From: Rhodocyclales bacterium
GTDB taxonomy: Bacteria > Pseudomonadota > Gammaproteobacteria > Burkholderiales > Rhodocyclaceae
Direction: 5' to 3'
Length of the DNA: 64,000 nucleotides
Assembly (NCBI GenBank): GCA_016235765.1
Contig: JACRIZ010000008.1
Coordinates: 1,838 to 65,837, forward strand
Shown: piece after piece, positions 49,944 to 60,305 of the stretch
Layout of the letters: every line of letters begins with the position of its first letter
How positions within the stretch are numbered: position 1 is the first letter of the stretch
Position numbers and translations under genes: made by a program
The notes under the pieces: generated by a model
Database searches by the model: none
The model's input: the letters and a program-made list of their open reading frames with translations, nothing else
Told to the model about the DNA's origin: nothing

Positions 49944-51185
49944 TCAGGCGACGGCCTGATCCAATCCGAACGCGCCGTGCAGGACGCGCACGGCAAGTTC
50001 CAGGTACTTCTCGTCGACGACGACGGAGATCTTGATTTCCGAGGTCGAGATCATCTGGATGTTGATGCCTTCCTCGGCCAGGGCGCGGAACATCTTGCTG
50101 GCGACGCCCGGGTGGGAGCGCATGCCGACGCCGACCGCCGAGACCTTGCAGATCTGATTGTCGCCTTCGATGGCGCGGGCGCCGACATGGGGACGGATCT
50201 GTTCGTCGAGGATCTTCTTGGTGCGCGCGAACTCGCCGCGCGGCACGGTAAACGAGAAATCGGTGGTGCCGTCGTGACCGACGTTCTGGATGATCATGTC
50301 GACGTCGATGTTGGCGTCGGCGATCGGGCCGAGGATCTGGTAGGCGATGCCGGGACGGTCGGGCACGCCCAGCACGGTCAGCTTGGCTTCGTCGCGGTTG
50401 AAGGCGATGCCGGAAATGATCGGTTGTTCCATCTTGGTGTCTTCCTCGAAAGTGATCAGCGTGCCGCTGGTTTCCTTGCCCTCTTCCTCGAAGCTGGACA
50501 GCACGCGCAGTTTGACCTTGTACTTGCCGGCGAACTCGACCGAGCGGATCTGCAGGACCTTGGAGCCGAGGCTGGCCATTTCCAGCATTTCCTCGAAGGT
50601 GATGCGCTCGAGCTTGCGCGCCTGCGGCACGATGCGCGGGTCCGTCGTATAGACGCCATCCACGTCGGTGTAGATCTGGCATTCCTCGGCCTTCAGCGCC
50701 GCCGCCAGCGCCACGCCGGACGTATCCGAGCCGCCGCGCCCCAGGGTGGTGATGTTGCCGTGTTCGTCGACGCCCTGGAAGCCGGCGACGATCACCACGG
50801 TGTCGTTGTCGAGGTCGCGCCGCATGTTGGCATCGTCGATGTCGAGGATGCGCGCCTTGGTGAAGGTGCTGTCGGTCAGCACCTTGACCTGGGCACCGGT
50901 GTAGCTCCTGGCCTTGAGGCCGATGTCCTTCAGGGCCATGGCCAGCAGGGCGATGGTCACCTGCTCGCCGGTCGAGATCATGACGTCGAGCTCGCGCGGG
51001 TCGGGCTGGAGGGAAACGTCCTTGGCCAGCGCGATCAGGCGGTTGGTCTCGCCGCTCATGGCGGAAACCACCACCACCAACTGATGGCCCTGGGCCTTCC
51101 AGCGCGCCACGCGCCTGGCGACGTTGCGGATGCGATCCGGCGAACCCATGGAGGTGCCGCCGTATTTCTGGACGATGAGTGCCAT
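49944..51185 (-). CDS. lysC: aspartate kinase
   Basis: [34 protein letters not shown], two C-terminal ACT domains. Confidence 0.9.
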   Translation of the reverse strand: MALIVQKYGGTSMGSPDRIRNVARRVARWKAQGHQLVVVVSAMSGETNRLIALAKDVSLQPDPRELDVMISTGEQVTIALLAMALKDIGLKARSYTGAQVKVLTDSTFTKARILDIDDANMRRDLDNDTVVIVAGFQGVDEHGNITTLGRGGSDTSGVALAAALKAEECQIYTDVDGVYTTDPRIVPQARKLERITFEEMLEMASLGSKVLQIRSVEFAGKYKVKLRVLSSFEEEGKETSGTLITFEEDTKMEQPIISGIAFNRDEAKLTVLGVPDRPGIAYQILGPIADANIDVDMIIQNVGHDGTTDFSFTVPRGEFARTKKILDEQIRPHVGARAIEGDNQICKVSAVGVGMRSHPGVASKMFRALAEEGINIQMISTSEIKISVVVDEKYLELAVRVLHGAFGLDQAVA

Positions 51186-51222
51186 GGCTGAGTGAGGTCG
51201 GTCTGAACGAAAAAAGCCCGGC

Positions 51223-51252
51223 ATTATAACCATTTGCCGGGTCGCCCGTCAT
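51223..51252 (-). promoter_or_regulatory. sigma70-like promoter candidate for lysC
   Basis: Minus strand reads ATGACG-N18-TATAAT. It overlaps a CCCGGCA/TGCCGGG hairpin followed by TTTTTT. Confidence 0.35.
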
Positions 51253-51422
51253 CCCGGCCGCGCCCGGGGTCGTCGACCGGCAAGCGCTCCCTGCAAAAAA
51301 ACTGTTTGCAGGCGCTTGTATGGCATTGAAATACTGGCTATGCTATAGGCCATATGACTTCGGTACTAGTGTTGCGGCTGATGTCATACCCAGTCATCGT
51401 ATTTTGAACAAGGAACCCAGCC

Positions 51423-51719
51423 ATGAAATCAGCAGAGAAGCTCGACGTCCGCGAAATCCGGCGCAAGCTGGGCATGAACCAGCAACAGTTCTGGTCCAAG
51501 CTCGGCGTCACCCAAAGCGGTGGCTCCCGCTATGAGAGCGGCCGCAATATCCCCCGCCCCGTGCAGCAACTCCTCCGCCTGGTGCATGTCGAGCAGATCG
51601 ACATCGCCAAGGTTCGTCGCGAAGACTTCGAAGTGGTGGAATTCCTGAAGTCGACCGAGCCGGAGAAGTTCAAGAACCTGAAGAAGCTGGCCCGCGCATC
51701 GATGAAGAAGGCAGCCTGA
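51423..51719 (+). CDS. XRE-family helix-turn-helix protein
   Basis: VREIRRKLGMNQQQFWSKLGVTQSGGSRYESGRNIP. 98 aa. Confidence 0.7.
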   Translation: MKSAEKLDVREIRRKLGMNQQQFWSKLGVTQSGGSRYESGRNIPRPVQQLLRLVHVEQIDIAKVRREDFEVVEFLKSTEPEKFKNLKKLARASMKKAA

Positions 51720-51736
51720 GCCGTACCGTCAGGAAA

Positions 51737-52588
51737 TCAGGGGCTGACCTCCACGGTCAGCCCTTTTTGTTTCAGCAGCACCGCCACGCTTTCCAGCCAG
51801 GCGACCGGCGCGGCGCTCAATCTCGGCGCCTCGGGCTGGGCCGATGGCCGGGCCAGTCCATAGAGATGCACGCCACCGATGCTGTCGCGGCAGCGTCCGA
51901 GAAAATCCGCGAGCACCGCCAGTTCGGCATCGGTCGGCAACTGTCCGTCGAGCGCGAACAGGCAGGTCTGCACCCAGGTCGGGCACAACGCCGCGCAAAG
52001 CTTCAGCCGCCGTTCCACGCTGGCCATCTTCACGCGGCTGCCGTTGATGCGCGCCACGGCGGCATCGGTGGCGGCATCGACCTTGAACCAGACCTCGCCC
52101 CCGGCCGCGCCCAGCCGTTCGATGCCGTCGCGCACGCTGCGCCGGTCCAGCAGGCTGCCGTTGGTGATCAGGCGCAGCTTGACGCCGGGCAGGAGGTTCC
52201 GGCGCGCCAGCGCCTGCGCGGCAATCTCGACCGCCTGCGGGAACTCGGCCGCACTGGTCGGCTCGCCGTTGCCCGAGAACGCAATGTCGATCAGGCGGCG
52301 CTGCCCCTCGGGCACCCGCTGCGCCAGGAAATCGCCGGTCACGATGGCGTCGAGCATCCCGTCCAGTTCGCACCGCAGTTGGGCGAGATCAATGGGCGGC
52401 GGTCCGCCGCGCGTCAGGTTGGGCACCTGGCAGTACATGCAGTGCCAATTGCAGGCGTTGTTCGGATTCAGGTTGATGCCGATCGAAACGCCGCCGGCGC
52501 GCCGCGACACCACCGGATAGACGTAGGTCATCCCCGCGCTGTCGCGCGAATGGTCCTGGACGGTGAGGCGGCCGGAAACGGGAGGCAT
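51737..52588 (-). CDS. radical SAM protein (function uncertain; neighbour of queD)
   Basis: CNWHCMYC (CX3CX2C) near the N-terminus. Start is uncertain (GTG 52597, ATG 52588 or ATG 52531). Confidence 0.65.
   Translation of the reverse strand: MPPVSGRLTVQDHSRDSAGMTYVYPVVSRRAGGVSIGINLNPNNACNWHCMYCQVPNLTRGGPPPIDLAQLRCELDGMLDAIVTGDFLAQRVPEGQRRLIDIAFSGNGEPTSAAEFPQAVEIAAQALARRNLLPGVKLRLITNGSLLDRRSVRDGIERLGAAGGEVWFKVDAATDAAVARINGSRVKMASVERRLKLCAALCPTWVQTCLFALDGQLPTDAELAVLADFLGRCRDSIGGVHLYGLARPSAQPEAPRLSAAPVAWLESVAVLLKQKGLTVEVSP
51741..51773 (+). terminator. rho-independent terminator after the XRE gene
   Basis: GGGCTGACC-TCCAC-GGTCAGCCC-TTTTTGTTT. It overlaps the 3' end of the convergent radical-SAM gene. 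Confidence 0.7.
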
Positions 52589-52635
52589 GGCGGGCACGGC
52601 TATAATGCGTTCCGTTCCAGCTTACCATCGATCCC

Positions 52636-53097
52636 ATGCAGATCACCCGCCGCCTCGAGTTCGACGCCGGCCACCGCATCCCCGACCACCAGAGCCAGTG
52701 CCGGCACCTGCACGGACACCGCTACGCGCTGGAGATCACGCTGTCAGGAACGGTGCTGAATGCCGCCGGAAATCCGGAAAACGGCATGGTGATGGACTTC
52801 TCGCGCATCAAGCAACTGGCGAAACAGCACATCGTCGATGTCTGGGACCATGCCTTTCTCGCCTACCGGGGCGACACGGCGGTGGTGCAGTTGCTCGCCG
52901 CGCTGCCCCAGCACAACACCGTGCTGCTCGACGCGGTGCCGACCGCGGAAAACCTGGCACGCATCGCTTTCGCGACCCTCGACCCCGTGTACCAGGCCAG
53001 CTACGGCAACCAGTTGCGCCTGGAGCGCGTGCGCATCTACGAAACCCCGAACTGCTGGGCCGATGCCCACCGCAGCGATATCGCCGATCGCGGGTAA
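52636..53097 (+). CDS. queD: 6-carboxy-5,6,7,8-tetrahydropterin synthase
   Basis: RRLEFDAGHRIPDHQSQCRHLHGHRYALEI. TATAAT at 52601-52606 upstream. Confidence 0.85.
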   Translation: MQITRRLEFDAGHRIPDHQSQCRHLHGHRYALEITLSGTVLNAAGNPENGMVMDFSRIKQLAKQHIVDVWDHAFLAYRGDTAVVQLLAALPQHNTVLLDAVPTAENLARIAFATLDPVYQASYGNQLRLERVRIYETPNCWADAHRSDIADRG

Positions 53098-53109
53098 AAT
53101 CGCTGTAAA

Positions 53110-53197
53110 GGAAGCGTGGCAGAGTGGTTAAATGCACCGGTCTTGAAAACCGGCAACGGGCAACCGTTCGTGAGTTCGAATCTCACCGCTTCCGCCA
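53110..53197 (+). tRNA. tRNA-Ser (anticodon UGA)
   Basis: GGAAGCGTGGCAGAGTGGTTAAATGCACCGGTCTTGAAAACCGG...GAGTTCGAATCTCACCGCTTCCGCCA. Confidence 0.9.
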
Positions 53198-53287
53198 AGG
53201 ACAGGCTCCGACCCGAAACCGCTTGAAACTTTGGCTTCCTGCCCCTACTCTAATGGCCGGATTCTCTTCAACAAGGAGACACAGCAC

Positions 53288-53983
53288 ATGCAAGGCAACT
53301 ACGAAGTCATCCGCGGCGGTACCACCGCTGGTTCCGCGCTGCAATCGAACCGCGTCCTGCGCAACACCTACGCCCTGCTCGCCCTGTCGATGGTGCCGAC
53401 GGTGCTCGGCGCGCTGGTCGGCATCCAGTTGAACTTCTCGTTCCTGGCCGGCAGCCCCTTCATGTCCTTCCTGCTGTTCCTCGGTATCGCCTGGGGCTTC
53501 ATGTGGGGCATCGAGAAGAACAAGAACAGCGGCCTCGGCGTCGCGCTGCTGCTCGCCTTCACTTTCTTCATGGGTCTCATGCTGTCGCGCATCCTGCAGG
53601 TGGCGCTGGGATTCAGCAACGGCGGCACGCTGATCGCCATGGCGGCGGGCGGCACCGGCGCGATCTTCTTCGCCCTGGCCGGCGTGGCGGCGACCACCAA
53701 GCGCGACCTGTCGGGCCTCGGCAAGTTCCTGTTCGCCGGCCTCATCCTGGTCTTCGTCGCGATCCTGGCCAACATCTTCTTCCAGATCCCGGCGCTCTCG
53801 CTGGCCATCTCGGCGATCTGCGTGGTGCTGTTCTCGGCCTACATCCTGTTCGACATCAACCGCATCGTGCAGGGCGGCGAGACCAACTACGTCTCGGCGA
53901 CGCTGGCCGTCTATCTGGACATCTACAACGTCTTCGTCAGCCTGCTCAACCTGCTGATGGCCTTCACCGGCCAGCGCGACTGA
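53288..53983 (+). CDS. Bax-inhibitor-1/YccA-family membrane protein
   Basis: ATG after AAGGAGA. NRVLRNTYALLALSM..., seven hydrophobic segments. Confidence 0.85.
   Translation: MQGNYEVIRGGTTAGSALQSNRVLRNTYALLALSMVPTVLGALVGIQLNFSFLAGSPFMSFLLFLGIAWGFMWGIEKNKNSGLGVALLLAFTFFMGLMLSRILQVALGFSNGGTLIAMAAGGTGAIFFALAGVAATTKRDLSGLGKFLFAGLILVFVAILANIFFQIPALSLAISAICVVLFSAYILFDINRIVQGGETNYVSATLAVYLDIYNVFVSLLNLLMAFTGQRD
53303..53325 (-). repeat. diverged 23-nt motif copy n (16/23 to consensus, 18/23 to copy b)
   Basis: Reverse complement is GTGGTACCGCCGCGGATGACTTC in the N-terminus of the BI-1-family gene. Read antisense as EVIRGGT. Confidence 0.4.
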
Positions 53984-53988
53984 GCGAA

Positions 53989-54011
53989 AAAGTCAGCCGT
54001 CGCGGAATGAA
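53989..54011 (-). repeat. 23-nt motif copy g (17/23; the 3' 15 nt are nearly perfect)
   Basis: Reverse complement is TTCATTCCGCGACGGCTGACTTT, starting 6 nt after the BI-1-family stop. Confidence 0.55.
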
Positions 54012-54027
54012 ATGCCCCGCATGGGGT

Positions 54028-54056
54028 ACGCCTCCTTCGGGAGGCGTTTTGCGTTT
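54028..54056 (+). terminator. rho-independent terminator (shared convergent region)
   Basis: ACGCCTCC-TTCG-GGAGGCGT-TTTTGCGTTT. Confidence 0.75.
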
Positions 54057-55371
54057 ACGGGCGCTCGAAGAGCGCGATCGATTCGACGTGCGAGGTGTTG
54101 GGGAACATGCTGGCGATGCCGGCGCCGCGCAGGGCGTAGCCTTTTTCGTGCACCAGGATGGCCGCATCGCGCGCCAAGGTCGCAGGGCTGCACGACACGT
54201 AGACGATCCGTGCCGGAGCGGTCTCGCCAAGGGCATTGACCACTGCGACGGCACCTTCGCGCGGCGGATCGATCAGCAGCTTGTCCAGCCTGCCCAGGGC
54301 AGCGATGCTTTCCTCCGTCGCCTCGAACAGGTTGGCGACCTGGAACTCGCAGCGCCCCGCCAGGCCGTTGAGTTCGGCATTGGCGCGCGCCCGTTCGACC
54401 AGCGCCTTGGCGCCTTCGACGCCGACGACGGTCGCGCCCAGCGCGGCGATCGGCAGCGTGAAGTTGCCCAAGCCGCAGAACAGGTCGCCGATGCGCTCGC
54501 CCGGCGCCGGTTTCAGCAAGCCCATGGCGCGCCGTACCAGCATGCGGTTGATGCCGTGGTTCACCTGCGTGAAGTCGGTCGGCCGGAATCGCAGCGCCAC
54601 GCCGAAGTCCGGCAGACTGTACTGAAGTGGCGGTGCCCCCGGCGGATGGAACAGCGCCGCGGTATCGGGGCCACCCGGCTGCAGGAACCAGGTAATGCGA
54701 TGTTCGTCGGCAAAGCGGCGCAGCCTGCCTTCGTCGTCGTCGGTCAGCGGCTCCAGGTTGCGCAGCACCAGCACGCACTGGTCGTCGCCGATGGCGACCT
54801 CGATCTGCGGCAGGCGATCGGGCCGCGACATGCCGCCGATCAGTGCCTTGAGCGGCTCGATCAGGTCGGACACCGCCGGTGGCAGCACGGCGCAGGAATC
54901 CATCACCGCCACGTAGCTGCTGCGCTTCTCGTGGAATCCGACCAGCACGCCGCCCTTCTTGGCCACATGGCGCACCGACAGGCGGGCGCGGTGGCGATAG
55001 CCCCAGGCCGGGCCGGAAATCGGCGGAAACACGGTCTCCGGCTTCAGGCGCGCCAGGTGCCAGAGCGCGTCCTCCAGCACGCGCTGCTTGGCGGCCGTCT
55101 GCGCGGCCGGCTCCAGGTGCTGCATGCTGCAGCCGCCGCAGACGCCGAAGTGGGGACAGCGCGGCGTGACGCGCTGGCTGGAAGCCTGGATGATATTGAC
55201 CGCCTGCGCCTGCTCATAGGTCGGCTTGCGGCGATAGCTCGAAAACTCGACCCGCTCGCCGAACAACGCGCCTTCGATGAAGATCACCTTGCCATCGACA
55301 TGCGCGATGCCGCGGCCTTCGTTGTCCAGCGATTCGATCAGGGCTTCGGGCATGGCAGGGCGTGGAAACAT
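54055..55371 (-). CDS. rlmD: 23S rRNA (uracil1939-C5)-methyltransferase RlmD
   Basis: TRAM-like N-terminus, Fe-S Cys cluster [17 protein letters not shown] site [13 protein letters not shown]-terminal [11 protein letters not shown]. Confidence 0.85.
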   Translation of the reverse strand: MFPRPAMPEALIESLDNEGRGIAHVDGKVIFIEGALFGERVEFSSYRRKPTYEQAQAVNIIQASSQRVTPRCPHFGVCGGCSMQHLEPAAQTAAKQRVLEDALWHLARLKPETVFPPISGPAWGYRHRARLSVRHVAKKGGVLVGFHEKRSSYVAVMDSCAVLPPAVSDLIEPLKALIGGMSRPDRLPQIEVAIGDDQCVLVLRNLEPLTDDDEGRLRRFADEHRITWFLQPGGPDTAALFHPPGAPPLQYSLPDFGVALRFRPTDFTQVNHGINRMLVRRAMGLLKPAPGERIGDLFCGLGNFTLPIAALGATVVGVEGAKALVERARANAELNGLAGRCEFQVANLFEATEESIAALGRLDKLLIDPPREGAVAVVNALGETAPARIVYVSCSPATLARDAAILVHEKGYALRGAGIASMFPNTSHVESIALFERP

Positions 55372-55427
55372 CGGAAAAAGGGCGCCATTATGCCCGAGCC
55401 CGGAGCTAGAATCGCCGCGTTCGCAAG

Positions 55428-56558
55428 ATGCCGACGATCATGAAAAAACAACCCCTTACCCTCCTCGGCGGCCTGACGGCCGAGCAATTCCTCGCCGAAT
55501 ACTGGCAGAAGAAACCCCTGCTGGTCCGGGGCGCGCTGCCCGGCTTCACCGGTCTGCTGGCGCGCGACGAGATGCTGGACCTTGCCTGCCGCGAAGATGT
55601 CGAGTCGCGCTTCGTCTCCCAGGCGGGCGGCTGGACCATCGCCCACGGACCCTTCTCGCGCGCCGCCCTGCGCCGCAAGGCCAAGCCCTGGACGGCACTG
55701 GTGCAGGGGCTGAACATGCTGCTGCCGCAGGCCGACGAGATGATGCGCCGCTTCAGCTTCATCCCCTACGCCCGCCTCGACGACCTGATGGTCAGCTACG
55801 CCACCGACGGCGGCGGCGTCGGCCCGCATTTCGACAGCTACGACGTCTTCCTGCTGCAAGGCATGGGCAAGCGGCGCTGGCGCATCGGCAACCAGATGGA
55901 CCAGACGCTGATCGAAGGCCTGCCGATCCGCATCCTCAAGGATTTCCGGCCGGTGCACGACTGGGTGCTGGAACCCGGCGACCTGCTCTACCTGCCGCCG
56001 GAATGGGCGCACGACGGCATTGCGGTCGGCGAGTGCATGACCTATTCGGTGGGCTTCCGCGCCGCGCCGACGCAGGATCTGGCCGAGCAGTTCCTGACGT
56101 TCCTGCAGGACCGCGTGAACCTGCCCGACCGCTATCGCGACCCGGACCTCGAGCTGCAGAAGCATCCGGCCAGCATCGGTGCGCCGATGATCGACCAGGT
56201 CGCCGACATGCTCAATCGCGTCCGCTGGAACCGCGACACCGTGCGCGACTTCCTCGGCAGCTACCTCACCGAACCGAAGTCGCACGTCTTCTTCGATCCG
56301 CCCGCCAAGCCGCTCGGCGAGGGGCGCTTCGCCGCCGCCGCGGCCCGTCGCGGCATCCGCCTGGATGCGCGCAGCCAGTTGCTGTTCGCCGACGACAGCT
56401 TCTACATCAACGGCGAATCCGTCGTGGTGGCACGCCGTGACCGCGCCCTGATCCGCCAACTGGCCGACCAGCGCGCGCTGCCGGCGCAGAAGCTCGGCGA
56501 CGTGGCGGTCGCCCTGCTCCACGACTGGTATCGCTGCGGCTTCATTCACCTGCCGTGA
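55428..56558 (+). CDS. JmjC/cupin ribosomal protein hydroxylase (YcfD/RoxA-like)
   Basis: [53 protein letters not shown] 55440 is an alternative start. Confidence 0.75.
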   Translation: MPTIMKKQPLTLLGGLTAEQFLAEYWQKKPLLVRGALPGFTGLLARDEMLDLACREDVESRFVSQAGGWTIAHGPFSRAALRRKAKPWTALVQGLNMLLPQADEMMRRFSFIPYARLDDLMVSYATDGGGVGPHFDSYDVFLLQGMGKRRWRIGNQMDQTLIEGLPIRILKDFRPVHDWVLEPGDLLYLPPEWAHDGIAVGECMTYSVGFRAAPTQDLAEQFLTFLQDRVNLPDRYRDPDLELQKHPASIGAPMIDQVADMLNRVRWNRDTVRDFLGSYLTEPKSHVFFDPPAKPLGEGRFAAAAARRGIRLDARSQLLFADDSFYINGESVVVARRDRALIRQLADQRALPAQKLGDVAVALLHDWYRCGFIHLP

Positions 56559-57037
56559 CCGGCACCAGCGCTCCCTTCGACAGCGAAGCAGGCTATCGCG
56601 CCGCGATCGCATTGACGCTGGCCGGCGCCCAACGCGAGTTGCGCATCTTCGCTCGAGACCTGATTGACATGGGGCTGGAAGAACGCGCGCAAATCGAGTT
56701 GCTGGATCGGTTTCTCGCGGCCGGCCGCGACCGCCTGCTGCGCGTGGTTGTGCACGACCCCGCGCCGCTGCAGGCGCGGCTGCCCAGGCTGTTGAAGTTG
56801 ATGCGCGACTACGCGCAGCAGATGGACGTCCGCGTGACGCCCGAGCACCTGCGCCACCTGGCCGACTGCTGGCTGCTGTCCGACGGCAGCAGCGGCACGA
56901 TCCGCTTTCACGCCGATCATGCGCGCGGCAAGGTCGTCGCCGCCCTGCCGATGGAAATCAAACCCTGGTGGCAGCGCGCCGAGGATCTGGCCGCCGAAAG
57001 CGGGACCTGCACACCGTGGGCGGTGGCCGGTCTGTAA
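56555..57037 (+). CDS. hypothetical protein
   Basis: GTG start overlaps the upstream TGA. Composition looks coding. No motif recognised. Confidence 0.45.
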   Translation: MTGTSAPFDSEAGYRAAIALTLAGAQRELRIFARDLIDMGLEERAQIELLDRFLAAGRDRLLRVVVHDPAPLQARLPRLLKLMRDYAQQMDVRVTPEHLRHLADCWLLSDGSSGTIRFHADHARGKVVAALPMEIKPWWQRAEDLAAESGTCTPWAVAGL

Positions 57038-57159
57038 CAAAGTGTGAGCACTCCAACCGAAAACCTCAGTGTGGCTATAATTGCAAGTTGGTCGGGTTGC
57101 TCCGGCCAAGAAAAACAGATTTATGGCCTCAACCTCCTCTTATCGATAAAGGGATCCAA

Positions 57160-57384
57160 ATGAACAAGTCACTGCTCGTCGCCGCTCTGGTTGCCGTCGC
57201 CCTCGCCGCTTGCGGCAAGAAGGAAGAAGCCGCGGCTCCCGCCCCGGCCCCCGTCGCCGCTCCCGCCCCGGCTGCTGCTCCCGCTGCCCCGGCTGCCGAC
57301 GCTGCCGCCCCGGCCGCTGCTCCTGCTGCCGCCCCGGCCGCCGCTCCCGCTGCCGAAGCCCCGAAGGAAGAGCCGAAGAAGTAA
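57160..57384 (+). CDS. small Ala/Pro-rich lipoprotein
   Basis: MNKSLLVAALVAVALAACGKKEE (lipobox), then low-complexity (PAAA)n and a KEEPKK tail. Confidence 0.65.
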   Translation: MNKSLLVAALVAVALAACGKKEEAAAPAPAPVAAPAPAAAPAAPAADAAAPAAAPAAAPAAAPAAEAPKEEPKK

Positions 57385-57403
57385 TCCGGCTGACCCGGGA
57401 ACG

Positions 57404-57438
57404 AAAAAGGCCAACTTCGGTTGGCCTTTTTTCTTTTG
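57404..57438. terminator. bidirectional rho-independent terminator
   Basis: AAAAAGGCCAAC-TTCG-GTTGGCCTTTTTTCTTTT, with A-tract and T-tract on either side, between convergent genes. Confidence 0.85.
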
Positions 57439-57448
57439 CGCGATCGGG

Positions 57449-58207
57449 TCAGCCGACCTGGCGCCAGTCGCAGCCGTTGTCCTGATCGGCCACGGCCAGC
57501 CATTCGGGCTCGCAGCCAAGTACCGCTGCCAATGCGGCCACCGCCAGTTGCGGCGTGTTGTTCTCCTGGCTCAGGTGAGCCGCGACAACATGTCGCAGCC
57601 TCGATCGGTCGATTTGCGCCAGCAGGCCCGCCGCCGCCGCGTTGTCGAGGTGGCCGTAGCGGCCGGCGATGCGCTGCTTCAGGTACGGCGGATAGCGTCC
57701 CGCGGCGAGCATGGCCGCGTCGTGGTTGCACTCCAGCACCAGCGCCGCGCAGCCGGACAGCATCCCGACCATGTGCGGCGTGACGCAGCCGGCATCGGTG
57801 AGCACCCCGAGCCGGCAGGCGCCGTCCGAAAAGACGAACTGCGCCGGCTCGCGCGCGTCGTGGGGCACGGGAAAAGGGAACAGTTCGATGTCGCCGATGG
57901 CGAAAGGCGTGTGGCTGTCGATCACCGTCAGGCTCACATCCGCCAGCGCCGCGGCACCCAGCGTGCCGTGCGTCAGGAAGACGTCGATCGCGTAGCGGCG
58001 CGCGCAGGCAGCCGCGCCGCCGACATGATCGGCGTGCTCGTGCGTCACCAGGATGGCATCGAGATCGTCGGGCGCCAGGCCGACGCGGGCCAGCCGGGCC
58101 GCCAGGTTGCGCGGCCCGAAACCGCAGTCGAGCAGGATGCGCGTGCACCCGGCCTCGACGACCAGCGCGTTGCCGCGGCTGCCGCTGCCCAGGGAGGCAA
58201 ACCGCAA
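57449..58207 (-). CDS. MBL-fold metallo-hydrolase
   Basis: LLDCGFG ... ILVTHEHADHVGG. Confidence 0.85.
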   Translation of the reverse strand: MRFASLGSGSRGNALVVEAGCTRILLDCGFGPRNLAARLARVGLAPDDLDAILVTHEHADHVGGAAACARRYAIDVFLTHGTLGAAALADVSLTVIDSHTPFAIGDIELFPFPVPHDAREPAQFVFSDGACRLGVLTDAGCVTPHMVGMLSGCAALVLECNHDAAMLAAGRYPPYLKQRIAGRYGHLDNAAAAGLLAQIDRSRLRHVVAAHLSQENNTPQLAVAALAAVLGCEPEWLAVADQDNGCDWRQVG

Positions 58208-58217
58208 CGCCCGCTCT

Positions 58218-59351
58218 CTACTTCAGTTGTTCGTGCAGCAGGCGCAGGATCTTCTTGCCGGTATCCGACTGATCGACGCCGCCCTCGGCAGTCAGCACCT
58301 GCACCGCGCTGATGTCGCCGACCGCCTTGACATGGATACGGAAGCGCGGGCTCTTGCTCGGGTCGAGCTTGCTGTCGCGCCAGAACGCCAGTCTGGACAG
58401 GAAACCCTCGTCCTCGCCCTTCTTCTTGACGTCGATCTCGGGGTCCACATAGCGGACGAAATAGACGCCTTGCGAGCGGTCGCGATCTTCCACCGTGAAG
58501 CCGACGCGATCGAGCGCCAGGCCGACGCGGCGCCAGCCGCGGTCGAACGGCTCCAGCACCTCCAGGCCGCCACCGGCCGACTCGGGCTGCAGTCTGGCCC
58601 GGTCGCTCTGGGTCGCATCGGCGATCATCGTCTTGGCGCGTGTTTCCTCGACGCCCAGGCGCACCATCAGGCGGCCCAACATCTCGGCCTCGAGTTCGGG
58701 GTCGGCAGGCCGCGGCTGCCAGCGAGTTTCGCCGCTGCGCTCGCTCGTGTAGATCTCGTACATGCCGCGATGGCTGATGTAGATTTCCGTGGTCTCGGGT
58801 TGCGCGCCCTTCTCCAGGCGGGTCCGGAACTTGTCGCGTTCCGGGGTCGAATAGAGACCGTCCAGCACCTTGCCGATGGTCCCGCGGATCACATCCTGGG
58901 GAAGCTTCGCGCGGTTTTCCGCCCAGTCCGTTTCCATGATGCCGGCTTCCGGCATCTCGATATTGACGATAAAGCCCAGGTCCTGCCAGAACTCCTTCAG
59001 CCCTGGCCAGATCTTGTCGGGCGAACCGGACACGACCAGCCAGCGCTGGTTGCCGGCGCGCTCGATGCGCATCTTGTTGACCTGCGGCAGCACTTCCTGC
59101 CCCGCCGTGACGCGGCTGCCCTGGCTGGCGCGCTCGCCGGAATAGGCCGAGAAGGTCGCCGAGCCCTTCGGGGTGACATCGGGCACGCTGTAGCGGTCGT
59201 CGCGTGTCGGCTGGGTGAGATCCGGCGGAATCTCGAGCGGCGGCAACTTGCCGGCCGACTTGTATTCGACCTTCTTCGAATCGAACAACGAACCGCAACC
59301 CGCGAGCAGCGCGGGCACGACCAGGACGGCAACCAGAACCTTACGCTTCAT
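58218..59351 (-). CDS. bamC: outer-membrane protein assembly factor BamC (NlpB)
   Basis: Lipobox LLAGC, LEIPPDLTQP. Classical position downstream of dapA. Confidence 0.75.
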   Translation of the reverse strand: MKRKVLVAVLVVPALLAGCGSLFDSKKVEYKSAGKLPPLEIPPDLTQPTRDDRYSVPDVTPKGSATFSAYSGERASQGSRVTAGQEVLPQVNKMRIERAGNQRWLVVSGSPDKIWPGLKEFWQDLGFIVNIEMPEAGIMETDWAENRAKLPQDVIRGTIGKVLDGLYSTPERDKFRTRLEKGAQPETTEIYISHRGMYEIYTSERSGETRWQPRPADPELEAEMLGRLMVRLGVEETRAKTMIADATQSDRARLQPESAGGGLEVLEPFDRGWRRVGLALDRVGFTVEDRDRSQGVYFVRYVDPEIDVKKKGEDEGFLSRLAFWRDSKLDPSKSPRFRIHVKAVGDISAVQVLTAEGGVDQSDTGKKILRLLHEQLK

Positions 59352-59367
59352 GCATTCCCCACGAAAA

Positions 59368-60258
59368 TCAAAGTTGGATGCCGGCTTCGCGCAGCGCAGT
59401 GCGCACGCGCTCGTGATGCTCGGGCGAAAGCGTCGTCATCGGCAGGCGCTGGCCGTTTTCGATCAGGCCCATCTGGACGCAAGCCCATTTGACCGGAATC
59501 GGATTGGCTTCGACGAAAAGATGGCGATGCAAGGACAACAAACGGAAATTGATGGTGCGCGCGGTCGCCAGGTCGCCCGCCAGGCCGGCGGCGATCATCT
59601 CGTGCATCAGGCGCGGCGCCACGTTGGCGGTGACCGAGATCACGCCGCGGCCGCCGAGCAGGGTCAGGGCCAGCGCGGTGGCGTCGTCGCCGCTCAGCAC
59701 CGAGAAGTTCTGCGGCGCGCGCTTGAGCAGGTCGGTACCGCGCTCGATGTTGCCGGTGGCGTCCTTGATGCCGACGATGCCCGGCACCCTGGCCAGACGC
59801 AGGGTCGTATCGTTGCCGAGATCGGCGCCGGTGCGGCCCGGCACGTTGTAAAGCACCAGTGGCAGGTCCACCGCCTCGGCGATGGCCTTGAAATGCTGGT
59901 ACAGGCCTTCCTGGGTCGGCTTGTTGTAGTAGGGCACGACCGACAGGTGCGCGGTCGCGCCGGACTTCCTGGCGAAGCCGGCCAGTTCGATCGCTTCCGC
60001 GGTCGAGTTGGCGCCGGTACCGGCGATGACCGGCACGCGGCCGGCGGCCTGCTCGACCACCGTCTCGATCAACTGGCAATGCTCGTCGAAATTCACCGTC
60101 GGCGACTCGCCCGTGGTGCCGACGACGACGATGCCGTCCGAGCCCTCGCGGATGTGCCAGTCGACCAGGCTCCTCAGGCGCGGCAGGTCGAGGCTGCCGT
60201 CTGCGTGCATGGGAGTGACGATGGCGGGAAGGGATCCCTGGATGATGGTCTTCTGCAT
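59368..60258 (-). CDS. dapA: 4-hydroxy-tetrahydrodipicolinate synthase
   Basis: [28 protein letters not shown]. 296 aa. Confidence 0.9.
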   Translation of the reverse strand: MQKTIIQGSLPAIVTPMHADGSLDLPRLRSLVDWHIREGSDGIVVVGTTGESPTVNFDEHCQLIETVVEQAAGRVPVIAGTGANSTAEAIELAGFARKSGATAHLSVVPYYNKPTQEGLYQHFKAIAEAVDLPLVLYNVPGRTGADLGNDTTLRLARVPGIVGIKDATGNIERGTDLLKRAPQNFSVLSGDDATALALTLLGGRGVISVTANVAPRLMHEMIAAGLAGDLATARTINFRLLSLHRHLFVEANPIPVKWACVQMGLIENGQRLPMTTLSPEHHERVRTALREAGIQL

Positions 60259-60305
60259 GGTTCTGCCCTTGGGTCGGGGGCGCTGCGTAAAAGTCCGATT
60301 CTAAC

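Noticed and set aside
52473-52486. Near-FNR site TTGATGCCGATCGA (9/10, same spacer as the perfect box)
   Set aside because: It lies inside the radical-SAM coding sequence, where it encodes GINLNP. There is no gene start downstream.
57190-57360. GC-rich short-period DNA repeats (GCCCCGGC.GC.GC units)
   Set aside because: They are explained by the low-complexity (PAAA)n region of the small lipoprotein. This is not a CRISPR array or a non-coding array.
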